Source: Okamejei kenojei | Taxonomy: Eukaryota | Assembly: GCA_035221665.1 (NCBI GenBank) | Contig: CM069145.1 | Span: forward strand, 20,026,001 to 20,090,000 | Reading direction: 5' to 3' | Length of the DNA: 64,000 nt | In this document: positions 1-13,490 of the stretch, piece by piece | Numbering within the stretch: position 1 is the first letter of the stretch | How the letters are laid out: every line of letters begins with the position of its first letter | Made by a program: the position numbers and the translations under genes | The notes under the pieces: model-generated | What the model was told of the DNA's origin: nothing | The model's database searches: none | Seen by the model: the letters and a program-made list of their open reading frames with translations, nothing else

Positions 1-48
1 AGATGCTGCCTGTCCCGCTGAGTTACTCCAGCATTTTGTGTCTATCTA
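1..48 (+). repeat. Fragment of the Penelope-derived short repeat
   Basis: agatgctgcctgtcccgctgagttactccagcattttgtgtcta matches the segment in the 34069-34513 Penelope fragment. Confidence 0.75.
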
Positions 49-2030
49 ATGGCTATGAATTCCACTTGTGGACAACCACTACTAATGCAATGATTGTACA
101 ATTAAATGCCCCCATCCTTAGTAAAGTGTTAAAATTAGTTCTCTAATGCATTTCATTTAATGATCATATTTTTATCTTCAATTACATATTATGGTTAGCT
201 TCACTATTCCTTCAGTTAATGATGGTGGGTCGGTCTCTCAGAGTTCAGTTAATGGTGTTGATTGTTTTGCGAGCATTTTATGACTCTTCATGATAAAATC
301 CCTCCAGTTATTTCACTTAATTACTTGTTATTGGTTGAAAAATACAGTAATGTTAAATACACTTGCATTAACTTCTTGACTAGAATCAAAAGCTGTGGCA
401 CACTGGGATTGTCCACACCCAGATGGTCCCAGCTTCAGTCCCTGTCCCTTGGGAGAATGTGTCTGTAGTAGCTGGCACGACAGTAAGGATAGAATGGTTG
501 GTTACAGCCGCTCTAGGTGAAGTGCAGGGCAAGTCAGCCTGTGCTGTGGTTCACCCTGTTATGCAGTGGCCCCTGCTGGCAGATATACTGTATGGACATT
601 AAGTTGGGAAAGGATCAGACCTAACTCTCCTGGCAGTCTTTAGATTCAACAAGAGGACCGACATGGGGTTAAGGATCAGCAGGAAACTACTGCTCACCAA
701 CCTGTACCCCAGCATGAAGCAACGTTTAGAGGAGAAAATGTGGGAGACGTATGGGGGAGGTTAGTGTGTGGGTGGGGGAGGAATTGCAATTCCAAATCGA
801 ATTCATGATCATGTTCCTTTGATCTTGTTTAAATATTACTGCTCACATCTCATTTGCTGTTTGGCAAAAGTCCTTTGCAGTGATTGCTGCGGTTAGAGCA
901 AGACTGGTGCGTGGCAGGACGTGAAGGAAAAGCAATGTCCCCACGTCTCCACTTTCATTTGTTCTTTGCCTTGCAACAAATGTCTTTTAAAGCAGCTTAA
1001 GCGTCCCCTTTGCCCGTGATTTATTAAAGTAAGTTTCATCATTTGAGGGTAATCACGCTTTGTTGTTTTACAAAAGTGGCTTTGAAGACAAGTTAAAAGA
1101 GGACAAATAAGCAGAACTGGGCTTTGAGAAATATGCCTTTCTGTCTGATGTTTTTCATCAGATCTGATAGCTACTGATTTGAAAATAACTGGAACAAGGG
1201 AACAAATGGTTGTAAAAATTCCACGGTTGCAAATTTGGTTATGATTGAAGATTATTTCCAGCTGTGTGCTTTAATTTGACATTTCCTCTTAAAGGGGACC
1301 AGTTCAGTGAACCACACTTCAGAATGTTGAGCACCTTAGCCTGTCTATTTACACAGCCGGTAGCAAAATTGAAAGAGATTGAGCATTAGTTTCTCGCACG
1401 ACAAAACCTAGTCACTTACAATGAAAATGTGTTGAAGCATTCATTACACTCACGTTGCCCAATTACTCCCTCGTCCCCTGCTAATCAGTATTGAATTTCC
1501 AGTTTTTTAGTCTTAAGGTGCCTCCTCTAATGAAAGGGATCACAGAATAACACCTCCACAGTAATCTGGAACTGCTAACCTTCAGTCAGGTAACGTTTGG
1601 GAATACGGCATTGGAATGCCTCATTGCCAAATGCTGTCACTTTGCATTGATGTAGCCACACTCGGTGATGGGGCCGAGTTGAAAATGCAGCACTGGTATT
1701 GTACTTCAAACTTAAGAAGTAGAAATTCAGTGCAATTTATGTTGATGCCCTGAATTGGGAGTGGAAATCAAGCAGGAGATATGTGGATTAAACAAAAATG
1801 CTGCAAATATTCAACAGTTGAGGCAGCCTTTGCAGAAACAGCAAAACATAAACATTTATCAAGTAGTGAGGCTTTCACTTTCTGTGCAGATTAAAATAGC
1901 CATCCTATGATGTTAACCTGGTTCTCACTGACTACAGTGGTAAAACTGTCTTTTAAAACAGGAGTGTATTACAATTTGTTGATTTCACCTCTGGGTTAGA
2001 GATTATAGATTCAGGTCTACGCCTGGAACT

Positions 2031-2170
2031 ACTTCTTCTTTCGTGTGGCGTGCACTGCCTAAAGTTGTAGGACAACTTGTTCTATTTGACCTTCCATTTG
2101 TGCACGTCGAGTTGATTGCATTAGTCGAAACAGGGCGGACCACGTGAAGGTTGCAATCTTCCACCCCACG
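2031..2170 (-). mobile_element. Short retroposed element (LINE 3' end or SINE) with a (GAA)n tail and 7-bp TSD
   Basis: TGGAACT flanks it at 2024-2030 and 2171-2177; cttcttcttt at the left end is a GAA tail on the minus strand. Confidence 0.6.
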
Positions 2171-2954
2171 TGGAACTTGATATTCTGGAAAAGTATTAAT
2201 GGAGCATTATATTTTCTGAGATATTACTCTTTTAGGTGAAATTTAGGTGCACTTATCATTTATTTTGCTTTGTCGTTTAGTTTAGGTGTATGATCAAAAT
2301 CCTGGCCAATTATCGATAACATGTTGCTGTGCCTGGAATCTAGCTGTGCTTGCCCACTGATCCAAACTAATCAGTGAGATTTCTGAACTAAAATAAGGTG
2401 CAGTTCGATAGTACGTCCCTTTGATAAAACTATTTTGTTACACCTTATGATTATATTTGCCGCCTATGTGAAGCTCTGTTTTCGCAACTGTATTCATTTA
2501 TTGCTGAAAGTCGAGGTGAAAATTGTTTTAGTAAAACATATCAGTGAGCAGAGTCCAGATCAGAAGCGAAAACAGTCATTGGCTCCAGTTAAATTGCACC
2601 TCCCGATGCAGCAACTGAACTGAACTTGGATGCATTGACAGAGAGCAGGGTTTCTAAGCAGAGACCAAATCATTGATCTCCGTGAGACTTCCACTAATTA
2701 CTGAGTCTTTTGAGTTGCTGACTCTTTGAAAATCAGCTTCAAAAAGTTATTATTGCATTTTTTGGGGGGGTTTTCTCTTTCATTCTTCAAAGTTTTTTAA
2801 AATATGTACATGTTTGTCATTGGTGTCGTAACTGGGCAGGGTAAAACTAGTCAGAGTTAGGACGACGCTCGCTGTGATGGACGTGTAATCATGTCAATTG
2901 ATGTTTGCCTTTATTAAGGTATTTAAAGCAATTGCCTCTTTTTAGCTTTATATC

Positions 2955-3240
2955 CGGGGCTGCACATTAACGCAGAGTTGGAGTTGCTGCCTTACAGTGC
3001 CTGAAACTCGGGTTTGATCCTGACTACGGATGCTGTCTGTGCAAAGTTTGTACGTTCTCCCCATGACCACGTCTATTTTCTTCGGGTGCTCCAGTTTCCT
3101 CCCACACTCCAAAGATGTACAGATTTGTAGGTTAATTGACTTCGGTAAAATTGTTCCTAGGATGTCGGATAGTGCTTGTGTACGGGGTGATCGGTGGGCC
3201 GGTTTTGTTGGGCCGTAAATTAGCACCTCTAAAGTCTAAA
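2955..3240 (+). mobile_element. tRNA-derived V-SINE (HE1-like)
   Basis: tRNA-like head (gttgctgccttacagtgcc...gggtttgatcctgac), V-domain gtttgtacgttctcccc...ggtgctccagtttcctcccacactccaaaga, and tctaaa tail; at least 8 related copies in the window. Confidence 0.85.
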
Positions 3241-3664
3241 TATTCCTTCTACTGTTAACAATCTGTAAATCTCCCAATAATTTCATCCCATAATTTCAGA
3301 ATTCACATTTTACACCTGAAAAGGAAGTAACATGGATATATTTTTCAGTCCCTGAAAATATTCATTCGGTGCTGAATGTTAATGTGGTTTAAACATTCTT
3401 TTGTATAGTATTTCATAAATGTAACTTCTCCTTTGTGTTTGGTTATGTGTGAACGGACCTGGTTTGGATAGATGCTTTTAGCTTCTGTCACAACAGTGAT
3501 GTACCAACCTCAGTGAAATCTAGGCATAAGATCAAGATCTCACCTTCATGAAATTGGACCCAGATCCGATTACAAATTTTAAAAATAACAGCGGAAAGAA
3601 ATTTGCCTGGTTATCAATGTTGCATATTAGGTGTCTGACAATATCAGTTGCATACGTGGATACA

Positions 3665-3915
3665 GCTGAGGTTGGCAGGCTGACCTCGATAGTTCTGAGG
3701 CCAGGCACCTGTTCTCGGACACCTCCTCTTACATATCCTTTGACTATGACCCCACAGACAATTACCAGGCTACCATCTCCCAGACCGTGGGCCAATCTCA
3801 TCACCTCTGGTGATCTCCCCTGGCCATGTCCTTCAGAGATGCGACCTGACTGTGGAGTTACTCCAGCAATTTGTGTTCTACATAAGATTCCAGCATCTGC
3901 CGTCCCTTGTGTCCT
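3665..3915 (+). mobile_element. Penelope-like element remnant (RT-region fragment joined to the 3' terminal segment)
   Basis: Degenerate translation EARHLFSDTSSYISFDYDPTD...TISQT..NLITSGDLP, followed by the gagttactccagca...ccagcatctgc terminal segment. Confidence 0.6.
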
Positions 3916-4330
3916 AGATCAGTTGCAGCTCCCAAATTGGTCCACAGTGACTGTTTGAGCAATCCTTACAGGGAGTTATTTGGAAAGGGACCAAAAATAT
4001 GATTGAAAGGGAACGTCATTTAATTAATCTCAACCAACGGTCTTGTTAACTTGCTTCTAATGACTTTATATTAATGTGCAGGAAAAATAAAGTGTTAAGA
4101 CATGATTTGGGTTTTTTTTAAGTTCCATTGCTTGAATATGTATGCCTTTATATGAATAACTATTCCCATTTAAATGTTTCAGTATTTATGAGGTGATAGC
4201 ATCCCAACCCAAATTAAGTACTTGGATGTCTGTCTGAATCAGCTAAATGTTGATGATTTGTAAAACTTATATGCAGAAGCGTATGAGAATAAAACAAACA
4301 ATATTCAGGCTATGCACGTGCATGTGAAGG

Positions 4331-4538
4331 ATGGCTTATAGCAAGGGTGCAAATCAACAAATTAAAAAAACATTGCTTCCTCCTCCCCTTACTCCTGTTT
4401 GCAATGAAAGACGTGTATTGTCAAACTGCAGGACCCTTATGTTCTTGTTATTTTTTAAAGCGGGGGCTTGGTGGGGAAACCAGCAGCGGCTTACAGAGGA
4501 ACACAGCAATCTGGCAGGCAAAGCAGGAACAAGGAGAG
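4331..4538 (+). other. Candidate alternative CTBP2 exon (first coding exon from ATG 4331, or 78-nt cassette 4461-4538)
   Basis: Strong Kozak context aagGATGG, open frame to donor GAG|gtatgt in phase 1 (same phase as the RIBEYE exon), and an internal acceptor ttcttgttattttttaaag at 4460. No homology recognised. Confidence 0.25.
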
Positions 4539-6671
4539 GTATGTACTCACATTGCAGATAGAGGAAGGTTAGAGACGTCTGAGAATTACAAGCACACCAT
4601 TGGATGATTGTATGCACTATGTAAAGATTCAAAATAAAGTGTGACATTTATAGAAAGCTTATACTTTTAAAAAAAAACCTGAAATTTTGCTCAAAATGTT
4701 TCCCCTAATTCGTAGTAAATGAAAAGAATCTGGACCTCAGATTGAGATTGTCTGTAAGCAAATTGGAACAAAACTTTAAAAAATCTGAGATGGCTTTCCC
4801 TGTAGAACAAATATTAATGGTTATTATGAATCTGTCAATACTAATGGTGTTCTACTGGTGAAATGAAGACGCCTCAGACCATCGGAGAGATGTCAACTAA
4901 TAAAGCTGATTCAGCAAATGTGGCAATGTATTTCTGGTTGAAATCTGGAATTTTGTGGTAGCCACTAGAAGAACTGAATATCAAAGTGTGCAGATCCTAT
5001 GTGCATTGTTGGCAGGTTTATTTTACAGGAAAGTCAGGTAGAAAGGTCTGTAGCATATATGATCAAAAACGTCTGATAAACTGAATTACTGCTTTATGCA
5101 CCCTTGAACTGTCCAGAGTGAGAGACCAGTGTTAGTGAGGATGAAAGGTTGTGATATAGAGGTACATGTATTACCGATGTTTTTAGTATGCATAAATGGT
5201 TAAATATTCACGCCGATCTTTGACAAGATGTATTATTTCTATATTTTAAATTGAAATATTTTGTATTTATTTATAATCTGTCGAGTCCCGTGTTAAAGAA
5301 GGTGCAAGTAAGGTGGATCATGCCATTCTCCCTGTATTTGTGTTTTCAAAAATGTTTTCAAAATATTTCTACGCCCAAACTTAAGACTTAATCGCAGTAA
5401 CTCACTTGTCATGAGAATAGCAACACACCTAAATCTTAAGGTCATGGAACTTAGTGTCAGCCAACTATTCCTTTCTAGTGGACTGTGGCAAACATTGAAT
5501 AGTTCAACCAGTACTTGCATTTGTACTTTATTTTAACAAATGAAATAAATGCATCTGTGATTGTTGCATTTATTGTGTTGATATGCACACAGGAAACTAC
5601 AAATCAGCCCTGTTGTAGAGGAAATTTGTTACTCAAACTATTGAACAGTAAATAGCATTTTTATTTTACTATAGTATGTCACTGTATACATAACTGTATG
5701 TTGCTCCGCATGTAACATTAACATTTTTAGACATTCTGAATGTTTTTAGATATATACATAATTGCCCAATGATGTTTTATAATGACATTTATTGTTTGTA
5801 TAAATGCATTGAGGGAAAATTAACCAAATATAGCAAGCAACATCTATGAACAGAAGATGTTGGAGTTGGTCATCACCTATTAACATAACCATTTTGTGTA
5901 TGAATTTGGTCTAGAAATTCATCTACTTCATATTCATGGATATTACAGCATTGCGATATAGATCTGCTTTAAAAGGCTTTTAAAAGGTCATGGGATTCTA
6001 TGGTATTTGACAAGCAATGTTATCAGGCTCCCTTGTGCAGTTGCAGAAATGGTAGGCATTACTGGCCCAATTTCTTGCTGCTACCAGCACTTTGACAAAG
6101 CTGGGAGCTCATCAGTCAGTCCTGAAAAGCAGTGAATGACACCAACACTCATCCAGCTCCCGTACAATGCTGTTTACTTGGTGGGTGCACCAGTGATTCC
6201 TGAGGATTAGGAATGTGCTCCTATGGTTACTAATGTGGAACTATATAGGCTGGAGGATCACATCATCAGAGGAGAGGAATTACTGGTGTCATATTCATGA
6301 AGCAAGGGGCTAGTTGAGGATTGGAACAGGGTGAAACATTTCTCCGCTGTAAAGACATTCTTTCGAAAATGAGACTGTGGCCTGGCATTACAGGAGACAC
6401 TTGAGGGAGAGCCTCTCGAAGAATTGTCCACTCTGGGATACCCGCAATACAGGCAAATGCCTGCTCCACACCTCCCAATTGCCTCTGTGAGCTGATGGGG
6501 AAGAAGCTGGTCTGGAGGAATAGAAAGTGTAGTGGCCTTCCCAGTGCCCGAATATTCCTGCAGCTGGGGATTTAAGTCTAGGGATAACTTGTTCTTCATG
6601 GGAGTTTGTGATGCCAGGGAGATGTCTCTTACATGCAGTCATCCATGAAGAAGAGTGTTTGTCTTGGCAAC

Positions 6672-7145
6672 CAGACTGATTCCTGGGATGTCAGGACTTT
6701 CATATGAGGAAAGACTGGATAGACTCGGCATTTACTCGCTAGAATTTAGAAGATTGAGGGGGGGATCTTATAGAAACTTACAAAATTCTTAAGGGGTTGG
6801 ACAGGCTAGATGCAGGATGATTGTTCCCGATGTTGGGGAAGTCCAGAACAAGGGGTCACAGTTTAAGGATAAGGGGGAAGTCTTTTAGGACCGAGATGAT
6901 AAAAACATTTTTCACACAGAGAGTGGTGAATCTGTGGAATTCCCTGCCACAGAAGGTAGTTGAAGGCAGTTCATTGGTTATATTTAAGAGGGAGTTAGAT
7001 GTGGCCCTTGTGGCTAAGGGGATCAGGGGGTATGGAGAGAAGGCAGGTACAGGATACTGAGTTGGATGATCAGCCATGATCATATTGAATGGCGGTGCAG
7101 GCTCGAGGGGCCAAATGGCCTGCTCCTGCACCTATTTTCTATTTT
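6672..7145 (+). mobile_element. CR1 LINE 3' fragment
   Basis: ORF2 C-terminus SRTRGHSLRIRGKSFRTEM.KTFFTQRVVNLWNSLP, then the CR1 3' UTR ending ggccaaatggcctgctcctgcacctattttct. Confidence 0.93.
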
Positions 7146-8719
7146 TCTTTGTTTTGTAGGTGTGCTTTGGTTACATCAGAATATTTGATGATTCAAGGGT
7201 TCAATGTGAGCAGTGTGCATTCTACACATGTTTAAATATGAAGACACAATGAACTGCAGATGCTAGAATCTGGAGTAATTGAGTAGGTCAGGTAGTATCT
7301 GTCAGAGGGGAATGGATATTCATTACCTCCACAGATGCTGTCTGACCTACTGAGTTACACCAGCACATTGTTATGCTTAAATATGATCGCGGTTTAGTTG
7401 ATTGAATCTTTGAAGAACATGTGTTTGCTTCTTCATCATTAGTTAAAGCTGAGGTTTCTTTGTTGAGTAATTAGATCAATGTGGTTGAAAATGTTGTTGC
7501 TGATGAATTTTGGGCATTGAATTCAGGAAAACAGTGAGAATGAAGATGAATCTCACACCAAAATACCCACACAATTAGTGGTTGGCATAAAAGGTCAGGA
7601 AATGGACACTGTGTTGATATGATATTCAGCTTCACAAGCGCTGTGTATTTGGTGTTCTGTTGGTTATTTTCAATTTAATGATTTGCTGAGTAGTTCCAAC
7701 ATTTATTAATTGCACTTGTTGTTTCAGCGTATCCTGCTTCTACTTTTCCAGAAACAAATGTTTGAAATAGATGTAGTTAATATCAGCTACATTTCCTGCA
7801 CATTTGAACCACATTTTTAGATATTTTTATTGTTGATGTTGAATATGTAGGCAACATAAGCATTTTGTAATTCTAAAAATGGAACATCTTTCCAGCTAAC
7901 AACTTATTGAAGTGCAATTGTGTAACCTTTGGAAACCAGTAATAAGAAATAAATCTGATTTACAGCAAATCAGACTGTTGAAAACAGCTTTAATTTGAAA
8001 TTCAGTTTTTGATTTTGTGAAGCTTGAAATACTAAACTTTAATCATCTGAAACAAAGGCAGGAAGCATCTATTACATATATACAGCAGTATTATTCAGCA
8101 ACAGTATGATGTACTTCACTGCCTTCCATTTGATTGTTGAAATTAGCCCAAACAAAAAGTATGTTCTGTGTACAAAAGGCAAGACAAATTCAATCCATCT
8201 AAATGTTGCTCCATCAGTTTACTCTCACTCATTAACAAAATGATGAAAGATTTGATTGACAGTGCCATCAAGTGGCACTTTCTCAACAATAACGTACCCA
8301 CTAATGCACAGTTTCCCCAGGGTCACTGGGCTCCAAACCACATCATAAATATACGTCAAAGAGCTGAATTCCAGAGGTGAAGTTCTTGTTGCTTGACATC
8401 AAGGAGCCGAGTAAAACTGATGGTTGAAGCCACATCTGTTTGGTAGGTATCAATTATCTCTGTGTTGCAATACGGACATTATTGCAGGGTTCCTCATCAA
8501 TGATACTCTTATTATTGGATAATACGGAGTTGTGTACTGATGATTGTGCAATGTTCAGTTCCATTTGCAATTCTTTAGTAAGAGTGACAGTTTAAGCCAA
8601 CATTTAGCAAGACGTAGACAACAGTCAAGCTGGGGCTGATGAGAGAAGTACCATTTGCAACAACCAAATGCATGGCAATTGCTATTTCCAACAAGAGTCT
8701 AATCAGTCTAACTAAAAAG

Positions 8720-11700
8720 CTAACATTGGATTGGCTGAGTGATTAAAATTTCAGTGTTGGAGCCGAACAGGAGATTTTAAAAGCTAGCCTTTGTATTGTT
8801 GATAGAGTCCATTTGTGTCGGAGCAGGAGATTTTAAAAGCTACCTGTTGGTTTAGTTGAGTGATGGAGCAGCAGTGGGAGTTTTCAAAAGGCAGCTGTTG
8901 GGTTGGTTGAGTGATTAAAATTGGTTAATTTAAAGGCAAGGTGTAGTGGAGTGTCTGTGTTGGAAGAGAGGCTGTCTGGAGGTAAAGTGCTGCATAGTGT
9001 GAGGGTTTGACTCAAGAGCAGAGAGTGACAGGAGAATTGGGTTGAGAGGGAAAGATAGATTAGTCACAATTGAATGGCGGAGGAGACTTGATGGGCCAAA
9101 TGGCCTAATTATGCTCCTAGAACTTATGAACTTATGAAAAGTTGTTTCTTCTATGTGCTTGTGGTGCTTTTTTTCCCTTTTGATTTTAGTGCAGTAGAGA
9201 TGGCAGGTAGAATGGTGGGATGTTCTTCCTGAAGTATGTGGGAAGTCAGGGAAACTGCTGGTATCCCTGATAAGCACACTTGTGGTGCAGGTGCAGCTCC
9301 ACATAGATCGCTTTAGGGAACTGGAACTGCAACTGGATGACCTCTGGATCGTTCGCGAGAGTAAGAACTTAATAGATAGGAGTTATAGCAAGGTATTTAT
9401 GCCTATGGTACAGGAAGAGAGTAGATGGGTGACCACAAGGAAAGGGAATAGGCGGGAGATGGATAAGTCTCTCCATGAATATTTCTCCTCTGTTTTCATT
9501 GGGGAGAAAGTCATGAAGATTAGGTAACTTCGGACAGTTAATGGAGATGTCTTGAAGACAGTCAATGTTACGCATAAGGATGTGCTGGACATTCTAAGGC
9601 GTATGAAAGTAGATAAATCTCCCGGACCTGGTCAGATATATCTGAGGACGATGTGAGAAGAAATTGCAGGAGCCCGGGCTGAGATATGTGAATCAGCACC
9701 AGACACGAGTGAGGTGGTGGAAAACTGCAGAGTGGCTAATGTTGTGCCTCTATTGAAGAAGGGCTGCAAAGAAAGGCCTAGGAACTAAAGATCAGTAAAC
9801 CTAACACCATCATAAGCAAGATACTTGAGAGAATTCTGAGGGATAAGATATATATGGACTTGGAAAGTTGGATAGGAATAGTTAGCATGGTTTTGTACGT
9901 GGGAGATCGAGCTTTACGAATCTGATTTGAAGTAACCAAATTGTTTGCTGAGGGCAAATCTATTGACATTGTCGAAATGGATTTCAGCAAGGCATTTGAC
10001 AAAGTTCTGTAGGGGAGGTTGCTCCGGTAGTTTAGATCGCATGGGATCCAGGGAGAGCTAGCTGACTGGATGGAGAATTTACTTAATGGAAGGGAGGGTG
10101 ATGATGGAAAGTTGTAACTCAGGGTGGAAGCCTATGACTAGTGGTGTGCCTCAAGAATTGATGCAGGAACCCATTGCTGTTTGTGGTTTATATCAATAGT
10201 TTGGATACGAATTAGTAAGTTTGCAGATGATATTAAACTAGGTGGTATCATAGATAGCGAAGATGGTTATCAAAACCTGATTTATTCTGTTATAGGAAGG
10301 ATATTGTTAAGCTGGAAAAAATGCAGGGAAGATTTACAAAGATACTGGCTAAACTAGAGAGTACATAGAGGTATCGACCAGAGAAGGGGCAGTGCTGGAC
10401 CTCCTGTTAGGAAATGAGGCAGGTCAGGTGACGGAGGTATGCGTTGGTGAGCACTTCGGGACCAGTGATCACAATACCATTAGTTTCAATATAATTATGG
10501 AGAGAGTCAGAACTGGACCTAGGGTGGAGATTTTTGATTGGAGAAAGGCTAACTTTGAGGGAATGTGTAAGGATTTAAAAGGAGTGAATTGGGACACTTT
10601 GTTTTATGGGAAGGATGTAGACGAGAAATGGAGGACATTCAAAGGGGAAATTGTAAGAGTACAGAATCTTTATGTCCCTGTTAGGTTGAAAGGAAATAGT
10701 AAAAATTGGAAAGAACCATGGTTTTCAAGGGAAATTGGACACTTGTTTCGAAAAAAGAGAGATATCTACAATAATTATAGGAGGCATGGAGTAAATGAGG
10801 TGCTAGAGGAGTATAAAGAATGTAAAAAGAATCTTAAGAAAGAAATTAGGAAGGCTAAAAGAAGATATGAGGTTGCTTTGGCAAGAAAGGTGAAAGTAAA
10901 TCCAAAGGGTTTCTACAGCTATATAAATAGCAAAAGGATAACGAGGGCTAAAATTGGACCATTAAGAGCCAGAATGGACAGCTATCTGCAGAGCCAAAAG
11001 AGATGGGGGAGATATTGAACAATTTATTTTCTTCAGTATTCACCAAGGAGAAGGATATTGAACTCTGTGAGGTAAGGGAGAAAATTAGAGTAGCTATGGA
11101 AACTATGAGATTCAAAGAGGAGGAAGTACTGACACTTTTGAAAAATACAAAAGTGGATAAGTCTCCAGGTCCTGACAGGATATTCCCTAGGACATTGAGG
11201 GAAGTTAGTGTAGAAATAGCAGGAGCTATGACAGAAATATTTCAAATGTCATTGGAAACAGGAATAGTGCCGGAGGATTGGCGTACTGCGCATGTTGTTC
11301 CATTGTTTAAAAAGGGTTCAAAGAATAAACCTAGCAATTATAGACCTGTTAGTTTGATGTCAGTGGTAGGCAAATTAATGGAAAGGATACTTAGAGATAA
11401 TATATATAAGCATCTGGATAAACAGGGTCTGATCAGGAACAGTCAACATGGATTTGTGCCTGGAAGGTCATGTTTGACAAACCTTCTTGAATTTTTTGAA
11501 GCGGTTACTAGCGAAATTGATGAGGGTAAAGCAGTGGATGTTGTCTATATGGATTTCAGTAAGGCCTTTGACAAGGTTTCCCATGGAAGGTTGGTTAAGA
11601 AGGTTCAATCTTTGGGTGTTAATGGCGGAGTAGCAAGATGGATTCAACAGTGGCTGAATGGGAGATGTCAGAGAGTAATGGTGGATGGCTGTTTGCCAGG

Positions 11701-13128
11701 TTGGAAGCCGGTGACCAGTGGGGTGCCTCAGGTATCTGTGTTGGGTCCACTGTTGTTTGTCATGTACATCAATGATCTGGATGATGGGGTGGAAAATTGG
11801 ATAAGTAAGTATGCAGATGATACTAAGATAGGTGGTGTTGTGGATAATGAAGTAGATTTTCAAAGTCTACAGAGAGATTTGGGCCATTTGGAAAAGTGGG
11901 CTGAAAGATGGCAGATGGAGTTTAATGCTGATAAGTATGAAGTGCTACATCTTGGCAGGACAAATCAAAATAGGACGTACATGGTAAATGGTAGGGAATT
12001 GAGGAATGCTGTGGAACAGAGAGATCTAGGAATAACTAGATCTAGGAATAGATCTAGTGCATAGTTCCCTGAAGGTGGAATCGCATGCAGATAGGGTGGT
12101 AAAGAAAGCCTTTGGTGTGCTGGCCTTTATAAATCGGAGCATTGAATATAGGAGTAGGGAAGTAATGTTAAAATTGTACAAGGCATTGGTAAGACCAATT
12201 CTGGAGTATGGTGTACAATTTTGGTCGCCTAATTATAGGAAGGATGTCAACAAAATAGAGAGAGTACAGAGGAGATTTACTAGAATGTTGCCTGGGTTCC
12301 AGCAACTATGTTACAGAGAAAGGTTGAACAAGTTAGGTCTTTATTCTTTGGAGCGCAGAAGGTTAAGGGGGGACTTGATTGAGGTCTTTAAAATGATGAA
12401 AGGGATAGACAGAGTTGATGTGGATAAGCTTTTCCCATTGAGGGAAGGGAAGATTCATACAAGAGGGCATGACATGAGAATTAAGGGAGAGAAGTTTAGG
12501 GGTAACGTGAGGGGGATCTTCTTTACTCAGAGGGTGGTGGTTGTGTGGAATGAGCTTCCAGCAGAAGTGGTGGAGGCAGGATCGATTTTAACATTTTAAA
12601 GTAAAGTGGATAGGTATATGGACGGGAAGGGAATGGAGGGGTATGGTCTGAGTGCAGGTAGATGGGACTAGGGGAAAACAAATGGTCGGCATGGACTGGA
12701 AGGGTCGAGAGGGCCTGTTTCCGTGCTGTAATTGTTATATGGTTATATGGTCTGAGCGAAAGGGAGAGGTTGGGCAAACTAGAACTTTATTCCTTTGAGT
12801 GCAGGGGGCTGGGGGAGATAGATAAGGTGAATACACATGAGTCTTTTACCCAGAGAAGTGGAATCAAGAACCAGAAGACAAAGGTTGAAAGTGAGAAAGA
12901 AGAGAAGAGAATAAGAACGTGAGGGGCAACTTTTTCATATGGAATGAGCTGAGGAGGTAGTTGAGGCAGGTACAATAACAACATTTAAAACACACCAAGA
13001 CAGGTACATGGATAGGAAAGGTTTAAAAGGATATGGGTTAAATGTGGGCAGGTGTGACTAGCATAGATGGGGCATCTTGGTGAGCAGGGGCAAGTTAGGC
13101 CAAAGGCCAGTTTCTATGCTGTATGACT
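8720..13128 (+). mobile_element. Middle-aged CR1 (5' UTR repeats, ORF1 start, internally deleted ORF2 to ~10360; 3' end 12751-13128)
   Basis: ORF1-like VQLHIDRFRELELQLDDLWIVRES at 9282-9450, then decayed RT (DKSPGP, MDFSKAFDKV, FADD). The sequence continues across the younger insertion and ends in a CR1 tail (ttctatgctgtatgact). Confidence 0.8.
10361..12750 (+). mobile_element. Young 5'-truncated CR1 LINE: end of endonuclease plus reverse transcriptase, with frameshifts
   Basis: ORFs 10392-11018, 11003-12064 and 12057-12599 carry LDLLL..SDH (APE end), KSPGPD, NYRPVSL, QHGF..GRSCLTNL, DFSKAFDKV, SGVPQ.SVLGPLLF, YADD and TRGH; 3' tail (TTATATGG)2. Confidence 0.97.
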
Positions 13129-13306
13129 TTATAACCTTTGATATTCAATGATATCACCATCACTGATATCCTGGGGTCAGAAACTAATTGGAGTCAGTCA
13201 TGTAAATACTGTGGGTTCAAGAGCAGCTTGGAGGTCTGTATCCTGCACATGTTAACCCACTTCCTCAATTTCAAAACATTCTCACCGTTGACATGGTGAC
13301 AATACG

Positions 13307-13490
13307 TGTAGGAGTAAGGAGTAGGCCATTCAGCCCTTCGAGCCAGCACCGCCATGATCATGGCTGATCATCCACAATCAGTACCCCGTTCCTGCCTTCT
13401 CCCCATATCCTTTGACTCCGCTACCTTTAAGAGCTCTTTCTTGAAAGCATCCAGAGAACCAGCCTCCACTGGCCTCTGAGGCAGAGAATT
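13307..13490 (-). mobile_element. CR1 3' fragment (same family as 6672-7145)
   Basis: Reverse complement of the 6950-7135 segment (gtaggccattcagccc...tcagtaccccgttcctgccttctccccata). Confidence 0.85.
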
